A stretch of 64,000 nucleotides of DNA, from positions 101 through 64,100 of the forward strand of contig JAUSEK010000001.1 in assembly GCA_030650275.1 (NCBI GenBank). Reading direction: 5' to 3'. Source of the DNA: Candidatus Omnitrophota bacterium (GTDB taxonomy: Bacteria; Omnitrophota; Gorgyraeia; Zapsychrales; Fredricksoniimonadaceae). The notes beneath the pieces are model-generated. The model searched no databases. It was not told the origin of the DNA and saw only the letters and a list, made by a program, of their open reading frames with translations. This document shows positions 1-10,938 of this stretch, one piece after another. Both the position numbers and the translations under genes were made by a program. How positions within the stretch are numbered: position 1 is the stretch's first letter; every line of letters begins with the position of its first letter.

Positions 1-838
1 TCAGGGCTGGGATTACTATTTCACGGACGATTTGACTGCCTAAGGCGTTCATGTCTGGTGAGGCGGTAAGGGGGTTTCCCTGGGATGCTTTCGTATTCAA
101 TGCTTGGTTGGTTGGCAGCGCGCTCGGGGACACGTTCTGCGGAACATGTCCCCTGGTAGGCGTTCGGTTGTTGGCCAAGGCAAGATAATCCTGTTCAAGC
201 ATGACCTTTAATCTGGATTCAACAACATAGGCAGTACCTGCCTCGGCGTTCTCGTAGACCACTGCCTTCTCAGGGACTATCCAGACCTTGTTGAAGGTAT
301 TGACCGGGATGTTGGTTGTCCCAAATCTCTTGTTGGCTTCTTCATACACTCTCTTCCAGAAGGTTTTGCCGAATTCATCTTCGGGATAGATCAGAGATGC
401 GGTAATCTGCTTTAAGAGATAGTCCTGGGCTAAGAGATCTCTTCCCATCTCGGTCTGACCAAAGGATGTGGGGACAATCCTATCCTTCTCATAGGGGGAG
501 AGGTTGACCCAGAGGTCTTTCTCGGGGACGGTCAGAGAGGCGAGGAAATATTTGATCAATTTCATTGATTCGTTTTGTAGAGACGCAGCATGCTGCGTCT
601 CTACGTCACCGGTATCCAATATGAAATCAAACCGAAACGGATTGTCGGGATGGACCTTGAGGCCTTTGAGGATGGGGGGATTGAATTGAGGGCTTAAGGA
701 AACCCGGACACCGGGGGCAGGTAAAACCAGTTCCCCCTCTGCCGAGCAAGCAATAGGGCAAATGGCCAAGCCATTGCCCAAAAAAGCAAAAAGAGTCCCT
801 AAAAGGACCGTCTTTCTTAGATTTATATTTAGGGACAT
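1..838 (-). CDS. Partial (runs off left edge) secreted protein with a conserved Omnitrophota-type N-terminal domain
   Basis: Not in ORF track. Open frame from ATG 838 to window edge, 279 codons without a stop: MSLNINLRKTVLLGTLFAFLGNGLAICPIACSAEGELVLPAPGVRVSLSPQFNPPILKGLKVHPDNPFRFDFILDTGD...LIKYFLASLTVPEKDLWVNLSPYEKDRIVP...GRDLLAQDYLLKQITASLIYPE...FNKVWIVPEKAVVYE; signal-peptide-like start. Confidence 0.85.
   Translation of the reverse strand, partial: MSLNINLRKTVLLGTLFAFLGNGLAICPIACSAEGELVLPAPGVRVSLSPQFNPPILKGLKVHPDNPFRFDFILDTGDVETQHAASLQNESMKLIKYFLASLTVPEKDLWVNLSPYEKDRIVPTSFGQTEMGRDLLAQDYLLKQITASLIYPEDEFGKTFWKRVYEEANKRFGTTNIPVNTFNKVWIVPEKAVVYENAEAGTAYVVESRLKVMLEQDYLALANNRTPTRGHVPQNVSPSALPTNQALNTKASQGNPLTASPDMNALGSQIVREIVIPAL
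126..153. repeat. GGGGACA...TGTCCCC hairpin inside coding sequence
   Basis: ggggacacgttc-tgcg-gaacatgtcccc, 12-bp arms with 1 mismatch. Confidence 0.55.
577..604. repeat. GTAG-type REP-like perfect palindrome, in frame in CDS
   Basis: gtagagacgcagcatgctgcgtctctac, 28-bp perfect palindrome; relatives at 13953-13980 and 61742-61770. Confidence 0.85.
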
Positions 839-890
839 GTCAAAAGTGTATACTATTTATATGAGTTTTGCCAATTTTCAGCCCACTTTA

Positions 891-925
891 CCCCCTCCCT
901 AACCCTCCCCACAAGGGGGAGGGAA
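891..925 (+). repeat. CCCTCCCC/GGGGAGGG palindromic repeat
   Basis: ccccctccctaaccctccccacaagggggagggaa; near-identical inverted copy at 11013-11049. Confidence 0.8.
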
Positions 926-940
926 ATTCCAGGAAAGCGC

Positions 941-969
941 TTGCTTTTCGGGGCGGTATAGGGTATATT
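941..969 (+). promoter_or_regulatory. Sigma70-type promoter, near-leaderless
   Basis: TTGCTT-17-TATATT, then 8 nt to ATG 978. Confidence 0.55.
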
Positions 970-977
970 TGATACAT

Positions 978-2813
978 ATGAACAGGCCTATTCACAGCTT
1001 CCATATCCCGGTCATGGGCACCGCCTTTTCCATTGACACACCGGTCAAGGTGGCCCGTTACGGCATTCACTCGGTTATTTCTCTGGTTGATGACACCCTC
1101 ATTGAACAGATGCGCAAGCATTATTGCGAAAAGACCGGGGAGCCCTATGTCCCCATCACCAAACAGGACGAGGATTACCGGGCGTGGCGCATCAGGGCCT
1201 ATCTGGACCTGGTGGACCGCATCGTCCAGAAACAATTCGCGGACGTTAAGAGATCGCATTTTGGGCCGGCTAGCGAGATTACAAAATATTTTGAAATGCT
1301 TGATGACGCCAGCCCCTTGAAGGAAAAATACCGGAGAATGCTGGCCACGCACAATCCCCTGCTCAAGATCAAATTGCAGGAAGAATTGCGCGCCGAAATG
1401 CGCCCCGGCGACATCAATGTCAACATCATGACCAAGCTGGACCGGGACAATTACGACGCCAAGGGCAACAAACTGCCTCCTGAATTTTCCGACGCGCTGG
1501 CCGCCCTTCGCGGCTATGCCACCAGCGGCCTGCGTTCCGCCATCGTCTTTTCCGCGGGCATCAACCGCCGGCTCTATTCGTATGCCGAACAGTTCAAGGA
1601 CTTTTACGCGGACGCCACGGGCGACATCAAAAAGAAGATCATCCTCAAGGTCAGCGATTTCCGCTCCAGTTTCATCCAGGGAAAATTTTTCGCCCAAAAG
1701 GGCCTGTGGATCTCCGAATACCGCGTTGAATCGGGCCTGAACTGCGGCGGCCATCTTTTTGCCACCGACGGGTATTTGATGGGCCCCATCCTCGTGGAAT
1801 TCCGCGCCAAGAAAAAAGAATTCGTCCAGCAATTGCACGTCCTCTGCAACAAGGCGCTGACATCAAAGGGTCGTCTGCCCTTTGCCCAACCGCACCCGAT
1901 CAAGATCACGGCCCAGGGCGGCATCGGCACGGTGCGGGAAGACAAATTTTTACGCGAACATTACGATCTCGACGGCACCGGCTGGGCCACTCCCTTTTTG
2001 CTGTGCCCCGAAGTCACCAACGTGGATGACGTGACCCTGCAAAAACTTTCCCTGGCCACGGAAGACGACCTGTATGTTAGCGACGTGTCGCCCCTGGGGG
2101 TCCCTTTCAATAATTTGCGTGGCTCTTTGAGCGACACGGAAAAAGATGCCAGGGTGCTCCACCACAAGGCCGGCAGCGCCTGCCCCAAAGGACATTTGGT
2201 GTCCAACACGGAATTCACCAGCGAACCCATCTGCACGGCTTCGCGCCAGTACCAGAAACTCAAGATCGACCAGCTGGACACCCTCGGTCTTGACCCCGAA
2301 AAATACAAAATACGTTTCGACCGGATCGTGACCAAGGCGTGCCTTTGCCATGACCTGGGCGAAAGCGCCGTCGTCAAAAACGGCATCCAGACCAGGGTCC
2401 CCGGTTTTCCGGCCATCTGCCCGGGGCCGAACCTCGCTTATTTCTCCAAGATCGTCACGCTCAAAGAGATGGCGAACCACATTTACGGCCGTATCAACCT
2501 GCTCAACGACACCCCGCGGCCGAACATGTTCATCAAGGAACTGCGCATGTACATCGACTATTTGCGCAAGGACATTGAAAAATCTTTGAAGGACTTGAAT
2601 GAACACAAGGCCAAATATTTCACGGAATTCAAGGACAATCTCCTGGAAGGAATTTCGTATTACCGCGATTTATTCCCGGAAATGGTGGAGGAGTCCTTGG
2701 AGTTTCGTACCAAAACGCTCAATGAACTGGAAGAGTGCCGGCAGAAATTGCTGCAGCTGGTTGATGATCACGCCAAGGCCTTTATCCACACCCAGGCATT
2801 GGTTGCGGCTTAA
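978..2813 (+). CDS. Conserved uncharacterised protein, possible FMN TIM-barrel oxidoreductase with Cys cluster
   Basis: 611-aa ORF; motifs HSFHIPVMG, ESGLNCGGH, ITAQGGIGT, GTGWATPFL, CPKGHL/CTASR/KACLC/ICPGPN. Confidence 0.85.
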   Translation: MNRPIHSFHIPVMGTAFSIDTPVKVARYGIHSVISLVDDTLIEQMRKHYCEKTGEPYVPITKQDEDYRAWRIRAYLDLVDRIVQKQFADVKRSHFGPASEITKYFEMLDDASPLKEKYRRMLATHNPLLKIKLQEELRAEMRPGDINVNIMTKLDRDNYDAKGNKLPPEFSDALAALRGYATSGLRSAIVFSAGINRRLYSYAEQFKDFYADATGDIKKKIILKVSDFRSSFIQGKFFAQKGLWISEYRVESGLNCGGHLFATDGYLMGPILVEFRAKKKEFVQQLHVLCNKALTSKGRLPFAQPHPIKITAQGGIGTVREDKFLREHYDLDGTGWATPFLLCPEVTNVDDVTLQKLSLATEDDLYVSDVSPLGVPFNNLRGSLSDTEKDARVLHHKAGSACPKGHLVSNTEFTSEPICTASRQYQKLKIDQLDTLGLDPEKYKIRFDRIVTKACLCHDLGESAVVKNGIQTRVPGFPAICPGPNLAYFSKIVTLKEMANHIYGRINLLNDTPRPNMFIKELRMYIDYLRKDIEKSLKDLNEHKAKYFTEFKDNLLEGISYYRDLFPEMVEESLEFRTKTLNELEECRQKLLQLVDDHAKAFIHTQALVAA

Positions 2814-2816
2814 AAC

Positions 2817-4574
<1,758 letters not shown>

Positions 4575-4910
4575 TTAACTGAACGATGTACCGCATCCGC
4601 AACTGGATTTGGCATTGGGGTTATGGTATTTAAAACCGCTTTCGCGCAAGGTATCAACGTAATCGATCTCAATGCCTTTGATGAACTCAACGCTTTCCTG
4701 GTTGACGATGACCTTCAGGCCCTTTTGTTCAAAAACAATGTCATTCTCATAAGGGTTCTTCTGGAATTTCAATTCATAGGACATGCCCGCGCAGCCGCCG
4801 GTGGTGACGCCAAAGCGCAAGGCATATCCTTCCTTGCCTTCCTTGGCCATCATGGCCTTGACTTTCGCGGCTGCCGCGTCGGTCAATGTGGCTAATGGTG
4901 TATTCTCCAT
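4575..4910 (-). CDS. iscA: A-type Fe-S cluster carrier (IscA/ErpA/HesB family)
   Basis: GGCAGMSY and NPNAKSSCGCGTSF motifs. Confidence 0.95.
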   Translation of the reverse strand: MENTPLATLTDAAAAKVKAMMAKEGKEGYALRFGVTTGGCAGMSYELKFQKNPYENDIVFEQKGLKVIVNQESVEFIKGIEIDYVDTLRESGFKYHNPNAKSSCGCGTSFS

Positions 4911-4916
4911 AATTTA

Positions 4917-4945
4917 ATTATAACACAACGGGAAAGCTTGTTCAA
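4917..4945 (-). promoter_or_regulatory. Sigma70 promoter of iscA-thiC, leaderless geometry
   Basis: TTGAAC-17-TATAAT-6 nt-ATG; no Shine-Dalgarno. Confidence 0.75.
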
Positions 4946-4984
4946 CTGCGGAGGTTCTAACTCGGAGGGTCACCGGCATTACCT

Positions 4985-5851
4985 TCAATAACGCATTGAA
5001 AACCCGCAAAATGGGTTTAAATCATCCGCGGCGGCCGTCGCGCCTATATTAATACCCATATCCAATTGTATATATTCGGTCAAAGCGTAGGTTAATCCGG
5101 CATCAACCGTTGCGACCAATTTTGCATCCTCTTCTGTGCTGATATGACTGAAGAATTCCACATAACCGCTTAGGCCGCCGACGATGGCGTGTCCAAAAGT
5201 AATAGAATGAATATATTCCCTATGATAGTTGTCATCCGATTTATTTTTATTAAGATCAACTTCAGCCATCAAACCCATATTCCACTCAGCGGCAAGCCCG
5301 ACAGCCAAGGGAACAATGATCCCGCCTTCCATATCGTCGTTACCAAAATGACCCCTATCAGTTGGAAATTTAATGAAAGGCATCAAGGCCAAAGCTGTCT
5401 GCCCGCCATCATTTCCCCATATATTGACCTTAAGACGGGTTTGCATATCCCCAAATCCTTCTTTGGTTGAGTGGACCCCGTCTTCTCTTGTTTTCTCATG
5501 GGCATAAGGATTAATGATCACTTGCAGATCCGCGTTATTTAAAAGTCCGATCTTAAAATTTGCAGGGGCGTAACTAAACGTATCAACGCGGGTTTGTGGT
5601 TCATCCGGGTTATGATGGTCATAGGCATGATCGATCAGGCTCATTTCTACCTGAACGTGGCCGGCATCAACGGTATAAGGACTTTCAGTTTTATCCGGAC
5701 GGTCTGTGCTCATCTCACGCATCAATTCAACCGGTGTCGGATGAAATAAATGGTATTGTTGCTTATTGGACACTGCTTGGTCAGCGGCTTGGGCTGAAAC
5801 GGCATGGAATAAAAATATCAGTAAGGCCAAAATTTGTTTGCGATGCATCAT
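4985..5851 (-). CDS. Outer-membrane beta-barrel, 'transporter'/MetA-pathway-like family
   Basis: Signal peptide, STDRPDKTESPYTVDAGHVQVE motif, amphipathic strands, terminal aromatic residue (FSMRY). Confidence 0.8.
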   Translation of the reverse strand: MMHRKQILALLIFLFHAVSAQAADQAVSNKQQYHLFHPTPVELMREMSTDRPDKTESPYTVDAGHVQVEMSLIDHAYDHHNPDEPQTRVDTFSYAPANFKIGLLNNADLQVIINPYAHEKTREDGVHSTKEGFGDMQTRLKVNIWGNDGGQTALALMPFIKFPTDRGHFGNDDMEGGIIVPLAVGLAAEWNMGLMAEVDLNKNKSDDNYHREYIHSITFGHAIVGGLSGYVEFFSHISTEEDAKLVATVDAGLTYALTEYIQLDMGINIGATAAADDLNPFCGFSMRY

Positions 5852-5882
5852 TACTCCCTAATCTTTATTTTTCACTTGAGCA

Positions 5883-6740
5883 TTAACAGGGGGCGTTCAG
5901 GAGGCTCATTTTAGATTTGATGACGCCGTAATTGCGTTGGGAAGAAATGAGGTAAAATTCCTTCATCTGCCAGGGTCTGGGGGTCTTAGTAAAAAAGGCG
6001 GTGTCCACTTTGTCCAGGACCTTGCCGCTCTCGACGGCGCGCAGGTCATAGCCGGCCGAGCGGATGATGGGCCAGGAGCCGGCGAAATCCCAGATGTGGC
6101 AGCGCAAAAAACACCCGCAACCGCGGCCCAAAGCCGACCAGCACAGATTGACAACGGCACAGGCCGCGATCATGATGTGAAAATCCTTGTCATTCCAGCG
6201 GTATTTGTCAAAAAACGTATCATTGCAGAAAAACAGCGACTTGGCTGAAATTTGCTCATCAACAGGAACAATGGGCGTGCGTTTTTCATCGGCGCTAAAG
6301 GCGTTGCGGACATAATACGAATGCGCGCCATCGCAAAAGAACAGTTCGTTGAGGACCGGAAAATACACAACACCCAGCCACGGTTGACGGTCTTTCATAA
6401 GCCCCAGGGAAATGCCGAAGAGCGGCATGCCCTTGGCATAAAGCCGCGTGCCGTCAATGGGGTCCAGAGCCCAAATAAATTTCTTTTTAGCCAGGAAACT
6501 GTCATCAAGATACTCGCCGATGCGCGGGTCTTCCTCATCAATGAGCACGTGGTCCGGGTCCTTGAGAAATTCCCCCAGCGACCGGCGGCAAAGCCCGGAA
6601 ATGGCGCGGTCCGCTTCGGTGATGACGGACTGGTCGGATTTCAAGGCCGATCCGCCTTCAGACATATATTTTAAAGCAATACTCCCCGCTTCGCGGATGA
6701 AGCTGAACATTTTTTCAAGATAAACAGCTGAATTTTCCAT
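5883..6740 (-). CDS. Inositol monophosphatase family protein
   Basis: TEAD, DEE, WALDPIDGT, WDFAG motifs. Confidence 0.92.
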   Translation of the reverse strand: MENSAVYLEKMFSFIREAGSIALKYMSEGGSALKSDQSVITEADRAISGLCRRSLGEFLKDPDHVLIDEEDPRIGEYLDDSFLAKKKFIWALDPIDGTRLYAKGMPLFGISLGLMKDRQPWLGVVYFPVLNELFFCDGAHSYYVRNAFSADEKRTPIVPVDEQISAKSLFFCNDTFFDKYRWNDKDFHIMIAACAVVNLCWSALGRGCGCFLRCHIWDFAGSWPIIRSAGYDLRAVESGKVLDKVDTAFFTKTPRPWQMKEFYLISSQRNYGVIKSKMSLLNAPC

Positions 6741-6741
6741 A

Positions 6742-7176
6742 TTATTGTTTTAAACTGGAACGGATCATGAGGATAGGGATATCGGTGTGATGGCGCAAGG
6801 TATTGGCGACACTACCCAAGATCACATCCTTGATAAAGCCATGCCCGTGGGTGGACATGGCGATCAGGTCGCATCCTTCCTGTTCGGCCACGGCCAGGAT
6901 CCCGTCAACGGGTTCTTTCCCCTGTATCAAAATGGCCTTGACCTTAAAACCATCCGCGGCCAAAGCGTCGCGGATGGTATTCAGATAGATATGGTCCTTG
7001 GTCATTTCCTCGGAATCCGCAAGGTTCAGGTCATTTTGCAGGCGCGCGGTAAAACCGTCAGCCACGTGCACCAAAACCAATTTTGCCTTGGTCATTCTTG
7101 CCAGAGGACGGATGTGTTCAAGGATCTTGGTGTCCGTCAGGGGATTATCCAAAGAAATAAGGATCTTCTTATACAT
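6742..7176 (-). CDS. Universal stress protein
   Basis: Start reassigned to [10 protein letters not shown]; [11 protein letters not shown]...LGSVA motif. Confidence 0.93.
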   Translation of the reverse strand: MYKKILISLDNPLTDTKILEHIRPLARMTKAKLVLVHVADGFTARLQNDLNLADSEEMTKDHIYLNTIRDALAADGFKVKAILIQGKEPVDGILAVAEQEGCDLIAMSTHGHGFIKDVILGSVANTLRHHTDIPILMIRSSLKQ

Positions 7177-8509
7177 GCCCACCTCCAAACCAGCCGGATA
7201 CCGTCTGGTACAACAAATATCCATTTAATACCACAATGATAGCGGTAACGCCCCAGGCCGTCAACTGCAACCACCAGGGATTGCTGAAGCGGTCCATTTT
7301 CTGCCTGTCCCCTGTAAACCAGACCAGGGGAATGACAGCAAAGCTCAACTGCAAAGAAAGGACGACCTGACTTAAGATCAGGAGGTCTCCCACCCCTTTT
7401 TCACCGTAAAGTATAGCAACGATGACCGCGGGAACAATGGCGACCAGGCGGGTCAGGAGCCGGCGCATCCACGGCCTTAAACGGATGTTCAAAAATCCTT
7501 CCATGACGATCTGGCCGGCCAAGGTCCCGGTCAAGGTGGAGTTCTGACCAGAAGCCAGAAGCGCCACCGCAAACAAGGTGCTAGCAAAGGTCGCCCCCAA
7601 AACCGGCGTCAACAGACGGTACGCGTCATGGATGTCGGCGACATTCTGATGGGCTGTCCCGTGAAAGGCCGCGGCGCTGACGATCAGGATCGCGGCATTG
7701 ATAAAAAACGCGCACAACAAAGCGGCGGTCGAGTCAATGGTGGCAAAACGGATGGCCATGGCCTTGCCCGCGTCATCGCGTTTATAAGCACGGGTCTGCA
7801 CGATGCTCGAGTGCAGATACAGATTGTGCGGCATCACCGTGGCCCCCAGGATGCCGATGGCGATATACAGCATGGACGGGTTAAAAACGATCTCGGGTTT
7901 TGGAAGCAGGTTCGCGATGATGGCAGGCATCGAAGGATGGGACACGGCCATTTCATAAGCAAAACATCCGCCGATCACAACGATCAAGGACGCCACAATG
8001 CATTCCAGGATGCGAAAACCCTTGTGCTGAAGGAACAAAATGATCATGACGTCCATGGCCGTCAGCAGGATCCCGACGATCAAAGGAATGCCGAACAAAA
8101 GATTTAATGCGATGGCAGAACCGATGACTTCCGCCAAGTCGCAGGCGGCAATGGCGATCTCACAGAGGACCCATAGGCCGATGGCCACCGGTTTGGAAAA
8201 ATGGTCCCTGCAGGCCTGGGCCAGATCGCGGCCCGTGACAATGCCCAATTTCAAGGCCAGATGCTGGAGCAAAATGGCCATAAAATTGGAGATCAGAATA
8301 ACGGATATGAGCGTATAACCGAATTTGGCGCCGCCGGCCAGGTCGGTCGCCCAATTGCCCGGATCCATGTATCCGACCGCCACCATTAATCCTGGTCCCG
8401 CAAAGGCCAGCATCTTTCGCCATACTCCGGCCGTTGCAGGTACAGCAACCGAAGCATACACTTCAGATAAGGTGAAGAGGGTGACCTCACGGCGCCATGG
8501 TTTGCTCAT
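7169..8509 (-). CDS. mntH: Nramp family Mn2+/Fe2+ transporter MntH
   Basis: [11 protein letters not shown] and [13 protein letters not shown] motifs; ATGA overlap with upstream Fur-family gene. Confidence 0.97.
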   Translation of the reverse strand: MSKPWRREVTLFTLSEVYASVAVPATAGVWRKMLAFAGPGLMVAVGYMDPGNWATDLAGGAKFGYTLISVILISNFMAILLQHLALKLGIVTGRDLAQACRDHFSKPVAIGLWVLCEIAIAACDLAEVIGSAIALNLLFGIPLIVGILLTAMDVMIILFLQHKGFRILECIVASLIVVIGGCFAYEMAVSHPSMPAIIANLLPKPEIVFNPSMLYIAIGILGATVMPHNLYLHSSIVQTRAYKRDDAGKAMAIRFATIDSTAALLCAFFINAAILIVSAAAFHGTAHQNVADIHDAYRLLTPVLGATFASTLFAVALLASGQNSTLTGTLAGQIVMEGFLNIRLRPWMRRLLTRLVAIVPAVIVAILYGEKGVGDLLILSQVVLSLQLSFAVIPLVWFTGDRQKMDRFSNPWWLQLTAWGVTAIIVVLNGYLLYQTVSGWFGGGHV

Positions 8510-8958
8510 ACCCCTGCTCCCTGGCATTTGGCGCAAATCCCGTAAAAATGCATTTCATGTCCCAGCACTTTGAACCCCTCTTTCTCTAAAATAGGATGAT
8601 AACGGCTGTCTTCGCCCAGGTCCGGAAATTCAATGACCCCGTGACAGCGCACGCAGCGGGCATGATGATGCGGTTTTTCATCATAAATGTGCTCAAAATG
8701 CTGATGCTTTTCCCCAAAGGCCGTTTCGCGGACGACGCCGGCCTCCAGCATTTCCCTTAAAGAACGGTACACGGTGGCCCTGGAAATTTTCGGCTTGTGC
8801 CGGACGCAGAATTTTGCGATCTCTTCGGTGGTAAAATGGCCATGGGCGTTCATGACCTCTTTAAAGACCCCTGACCGCCCGCGGCTGACCTTTAAACCCG
8901 CGCGAGAAAGGTATTTCTCAAACTTGCAGTGCTCCCGGGCAATGGATGTTGTTTCCAT
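8506..8958 (-). CDS. Fur-family transcriptional regulator
   Basis: [10 protein letters not shown] helix, HHHARCVRC and CAKC zinc motifs. Confidence 0.93.
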   Translation of the reverse strand: METTSIAREHCKFEKYLSRAGLKVSRGRSGVFKEVMNAHGHFTTEEIAKFCVRHKPKISRATVYRSLREMLEAGVVRETAFGEKHQHFEHIYDEKPHHHARCVRCHGVIEFPDLGEDSRYHPILEKEGFKVLGHEMHFYGICAKCQGAGV

Positions 8959-8962
8959 ATGA

Positions 8963-8993
8963 GATACTGTATCGTCCAAAAAATAAAAATCAA
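8963..8993 (-). promoter_or_regulatory. Putative promoter with palindrome over the -10 (candidate autoregulatory box)
   Basis: TTGATT-16-TACAGT-7-ATG; GATAC-T-GTATC palindrome at 8963-8973. Confidence 0.4.
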
Positions 8994-9020
8994 GTTCTTT
9001 TTTTAAAGAGCTTTAACACA

Positions 9021-9572
9021 TTAATCGCGCCACTTGATGGAACAGCCCATGGAGGGGAATTGTTGGACGGCAACAGGACGGCCGGCAGACATGTTGTTCA
9101 TCGCCTCCTTCAATTCTTCGCGGGTCACGGCGTCTTCGTCCTTCCAATTGTCGTCCACGCGGCCGTGATAGGCAAGTTTTCTATCTTTGTTGAACAGATA
9201 AATGTCGGGCGTGCATTGGGCGCGGAAGGCATCGGCGACTTTTTGAGTTTCGTCAGCCAGATACGGAAAATCGATCCCCCATTCCTTGATCTTGAGCGCC
9301 ATCTTGTCCGGAGCGTCGTCGGGAAAGTTAGGATTGATGTTGGGATTGATGGCCACGGTATTGACCTTCATCCCCTTGCCGTATTTGGCCAGGCGCAATA
9401 ACCGCGGCCACACCGCCAAAGCATACGGGCAATGATTGCAGGTGAAAGCCACCAAAAGCCCGCGCTCACCGTACAAATCGCTTCCCTTATAGGATCTTCC
9501 GGACGGGTCTTTGAGCTGGAAATCCGGCATCAGAGTACCTAACGGTATTTTGATGGATTCCAATAAAGCCAT
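9021..9572 (-). CDS. Thioredoxin-like AhpC/TSA family protein
   Basis: FTCNHCPY, AQCTPD, YHGRVDD, SMGCSIKW. Confidence 0.93.
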   Translation of the reverse strand: MALLESIKIPLGTLMPDFQLKDPSGRSYKGSDLYGERGLLVAFTCNHCPYALAVWPRLLRLAKYGKGMKVNTVAINPNINPNFPDDAPDKMALKIKEWGIDFPYLADETQKVADAFRAQCTPDIYLFNKDRKLAYHGRVDDNWKDEDAVTREELKEAMNNMSAGRPVAVQQFPSMGCSIKWRD

Positions 9573-9643
9573 TTGAATGGGTCCCTGACTTTTTGTGCTA
9601 TAATTATTTTGAAAACAAAACCATTATACGGACGCGAATCTAT

Positions 9644-10288
9644 ATGTCAAGAACGCTGCTGATCCAACAATACGAGCTCGGCCCCTTGAACAATTTCCTC
9701 TATTTGCTGGGCGATACGGCCACCAAAGAAATGGCGGTCGTGGACCCGGCCTGGGAGCCGGATTTCCTCTGTAACGAGGCCGAACGTCTGGGCTACCATA
9801 TCACCAAAATATTTTTGACCCATGGCCACCCTGACCATGTCAACGGCCTGGGTGGTGTTCTGCGCCGTCACAACGTTCCGGTCTATATTTCCAAGCACGA
9901 AGCGCTGTTTTTTCGTCCCAGATCCAAAAATCTGGTGGATGTCGTGGACAAAGAAAAACTTTCATTGGGGGATATCACCTTTGATGTCCTGCACGCGCCG
10001 GGGCATACGCCAGGATGCCAGCTCTTTTTGGCGCAAGGCCAATTGATCAGCGGGGATGTGCTTTTTATTGATGGATGCGGCCGCTGCGATCTTCCCGGCA
10101 GCGACCCGAGGGCCATGTACCGCTCCCTCACCAACGTCCTCATGAAACTGCCCGACGACACCGTGGTCCATCCGGGACACAATTACGGCCCCACCCCCAC
10201 CGACACCATCGGCCATCAGAAAAAAACCAACCCCTACCTGCAATGTTCCAGTATGGAAGAATTTCTAGGCGAGCGGATGGGTCTTTAA
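9644..10288 (+). CDS. MBL-fold metallohydrolase (glyoxalase II-like)
   Basis: THGHPDH, PGHTPG, SGDVLF..GCGRCD, PGHNY; start reassigned to 9644. Confidence 0.93.
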   Translation: MSRTLLIQQYELGPLNNFLYLLGDTATKEMAVVDPAWEPDFLCNEAERLGYHITKIFLTHGHPDHVNGLGGVLRRHNVPVYISKHEALFFRPRSKNLVDVVDKEKLSLGDITFDVLHAPGHTPGCQLFLAQGQLISGDVLFIDGCGRCDLPGSDPRAMYRSLTNVLMKLPDDTVVHPGHNYGPTPTDTIGHQKKTNPYLQCSSMEEFLGERMGL

Positions 10289-10672
10289 AAAATCACTGGG
10301 GGAGAGTATTTCGATCTTTTTAAAATACCCTAAAGACAAAAGATGAGCATCACCTGAAACAATACAGTCAACGCCCGCACTCACAGCGCATTCAAGAATA
10401 CGGTTATCATCAGGATCATTCTTAATAACGGCAACTTTATGAGTGACAACCACCAGTTCAACGAGTTCAGAAAGTTCATGGGCTATCTGCTGTACAACAG
10501 AAACCGGTAGTCGAAACTTCTTATCGACCAGGACCTCCGCCAATTCCTTAAGGATATCTTGAGACAAAGCGATCCTGATTTTTCCCGAAATCCCCATATC
10601 CAGAATATCACGGCTTTTTCCGCCAAACATGATTGCCGAAATAAGAACATTTGTATCCAAAACTATCTTCAA
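10265..10672 (-). CDS. PIN-domain toxin
   Basis: TTG start, KIVLDTNVLISA, DPDDNRILECA, IVSGDAHLL. Confidence 0.92.
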   Translation of the reverse strand: MKIVLDTNVLISAIMFGGKSRDILDMGISGKIRIALSQDILKELAEVLVDKKFRLPVSVVQQIAHELSELVELVVVTHKVAVIKNDPDDNRILECAVSAGVDCIVSGDAHLLSLGYFKKIEILSPSDFLKTHPLA

Positions 10673-10676
10673 ACCA

Positions 10677-10919
10677 TTACCCTTTCCTGAGGCGATAATC
10701 GGCAATGGCCCCGGCAATGTCCTTTTCCTTTAACCCGACCGCTTTAACATGTTGCCTGGTTGACCGAAAAATCCCTTTCCACACGCGTTTTTTGGCAATG
10801 TACGCCCGCGCCGCTTCCCGGATAAACTCGGAGCGGCTGCGCGCCTCCTCGCGGCTGACAGAATCGATATCCCGCAAAAGCTCATCTGAAAATGAAATAT
10901 TCACTGTCTGCGTTTTCAT
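10677..10919 (-). CDS. Ribbon-helix-helix (CopG-like) antitoxin
   Basis: TVNISFSDELLRDID...SRSEFIREA; GGAGGTG SD; directly upstream of PIN gene. Confidence 0.9.
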   Translation of the reverse strand: MKTQTVNISFSDELLRDIDSVSREEARSRSEFIREAARAYIAKKRVWKGIFRSTRQHVKAVGLKEKDIAGAIADYRLRKG

Positions 10920-10938
10920 ATCTTCACCTCCCAATACA

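Noticed and set aside
4911-4990. TPP riboswitch upstream of iscA-thiC (minus-strand ggtaatgccgg)
   Set aside because: No CTGAGA or ACCTGAT core, and the segment lies upstream of the predicted promoter.
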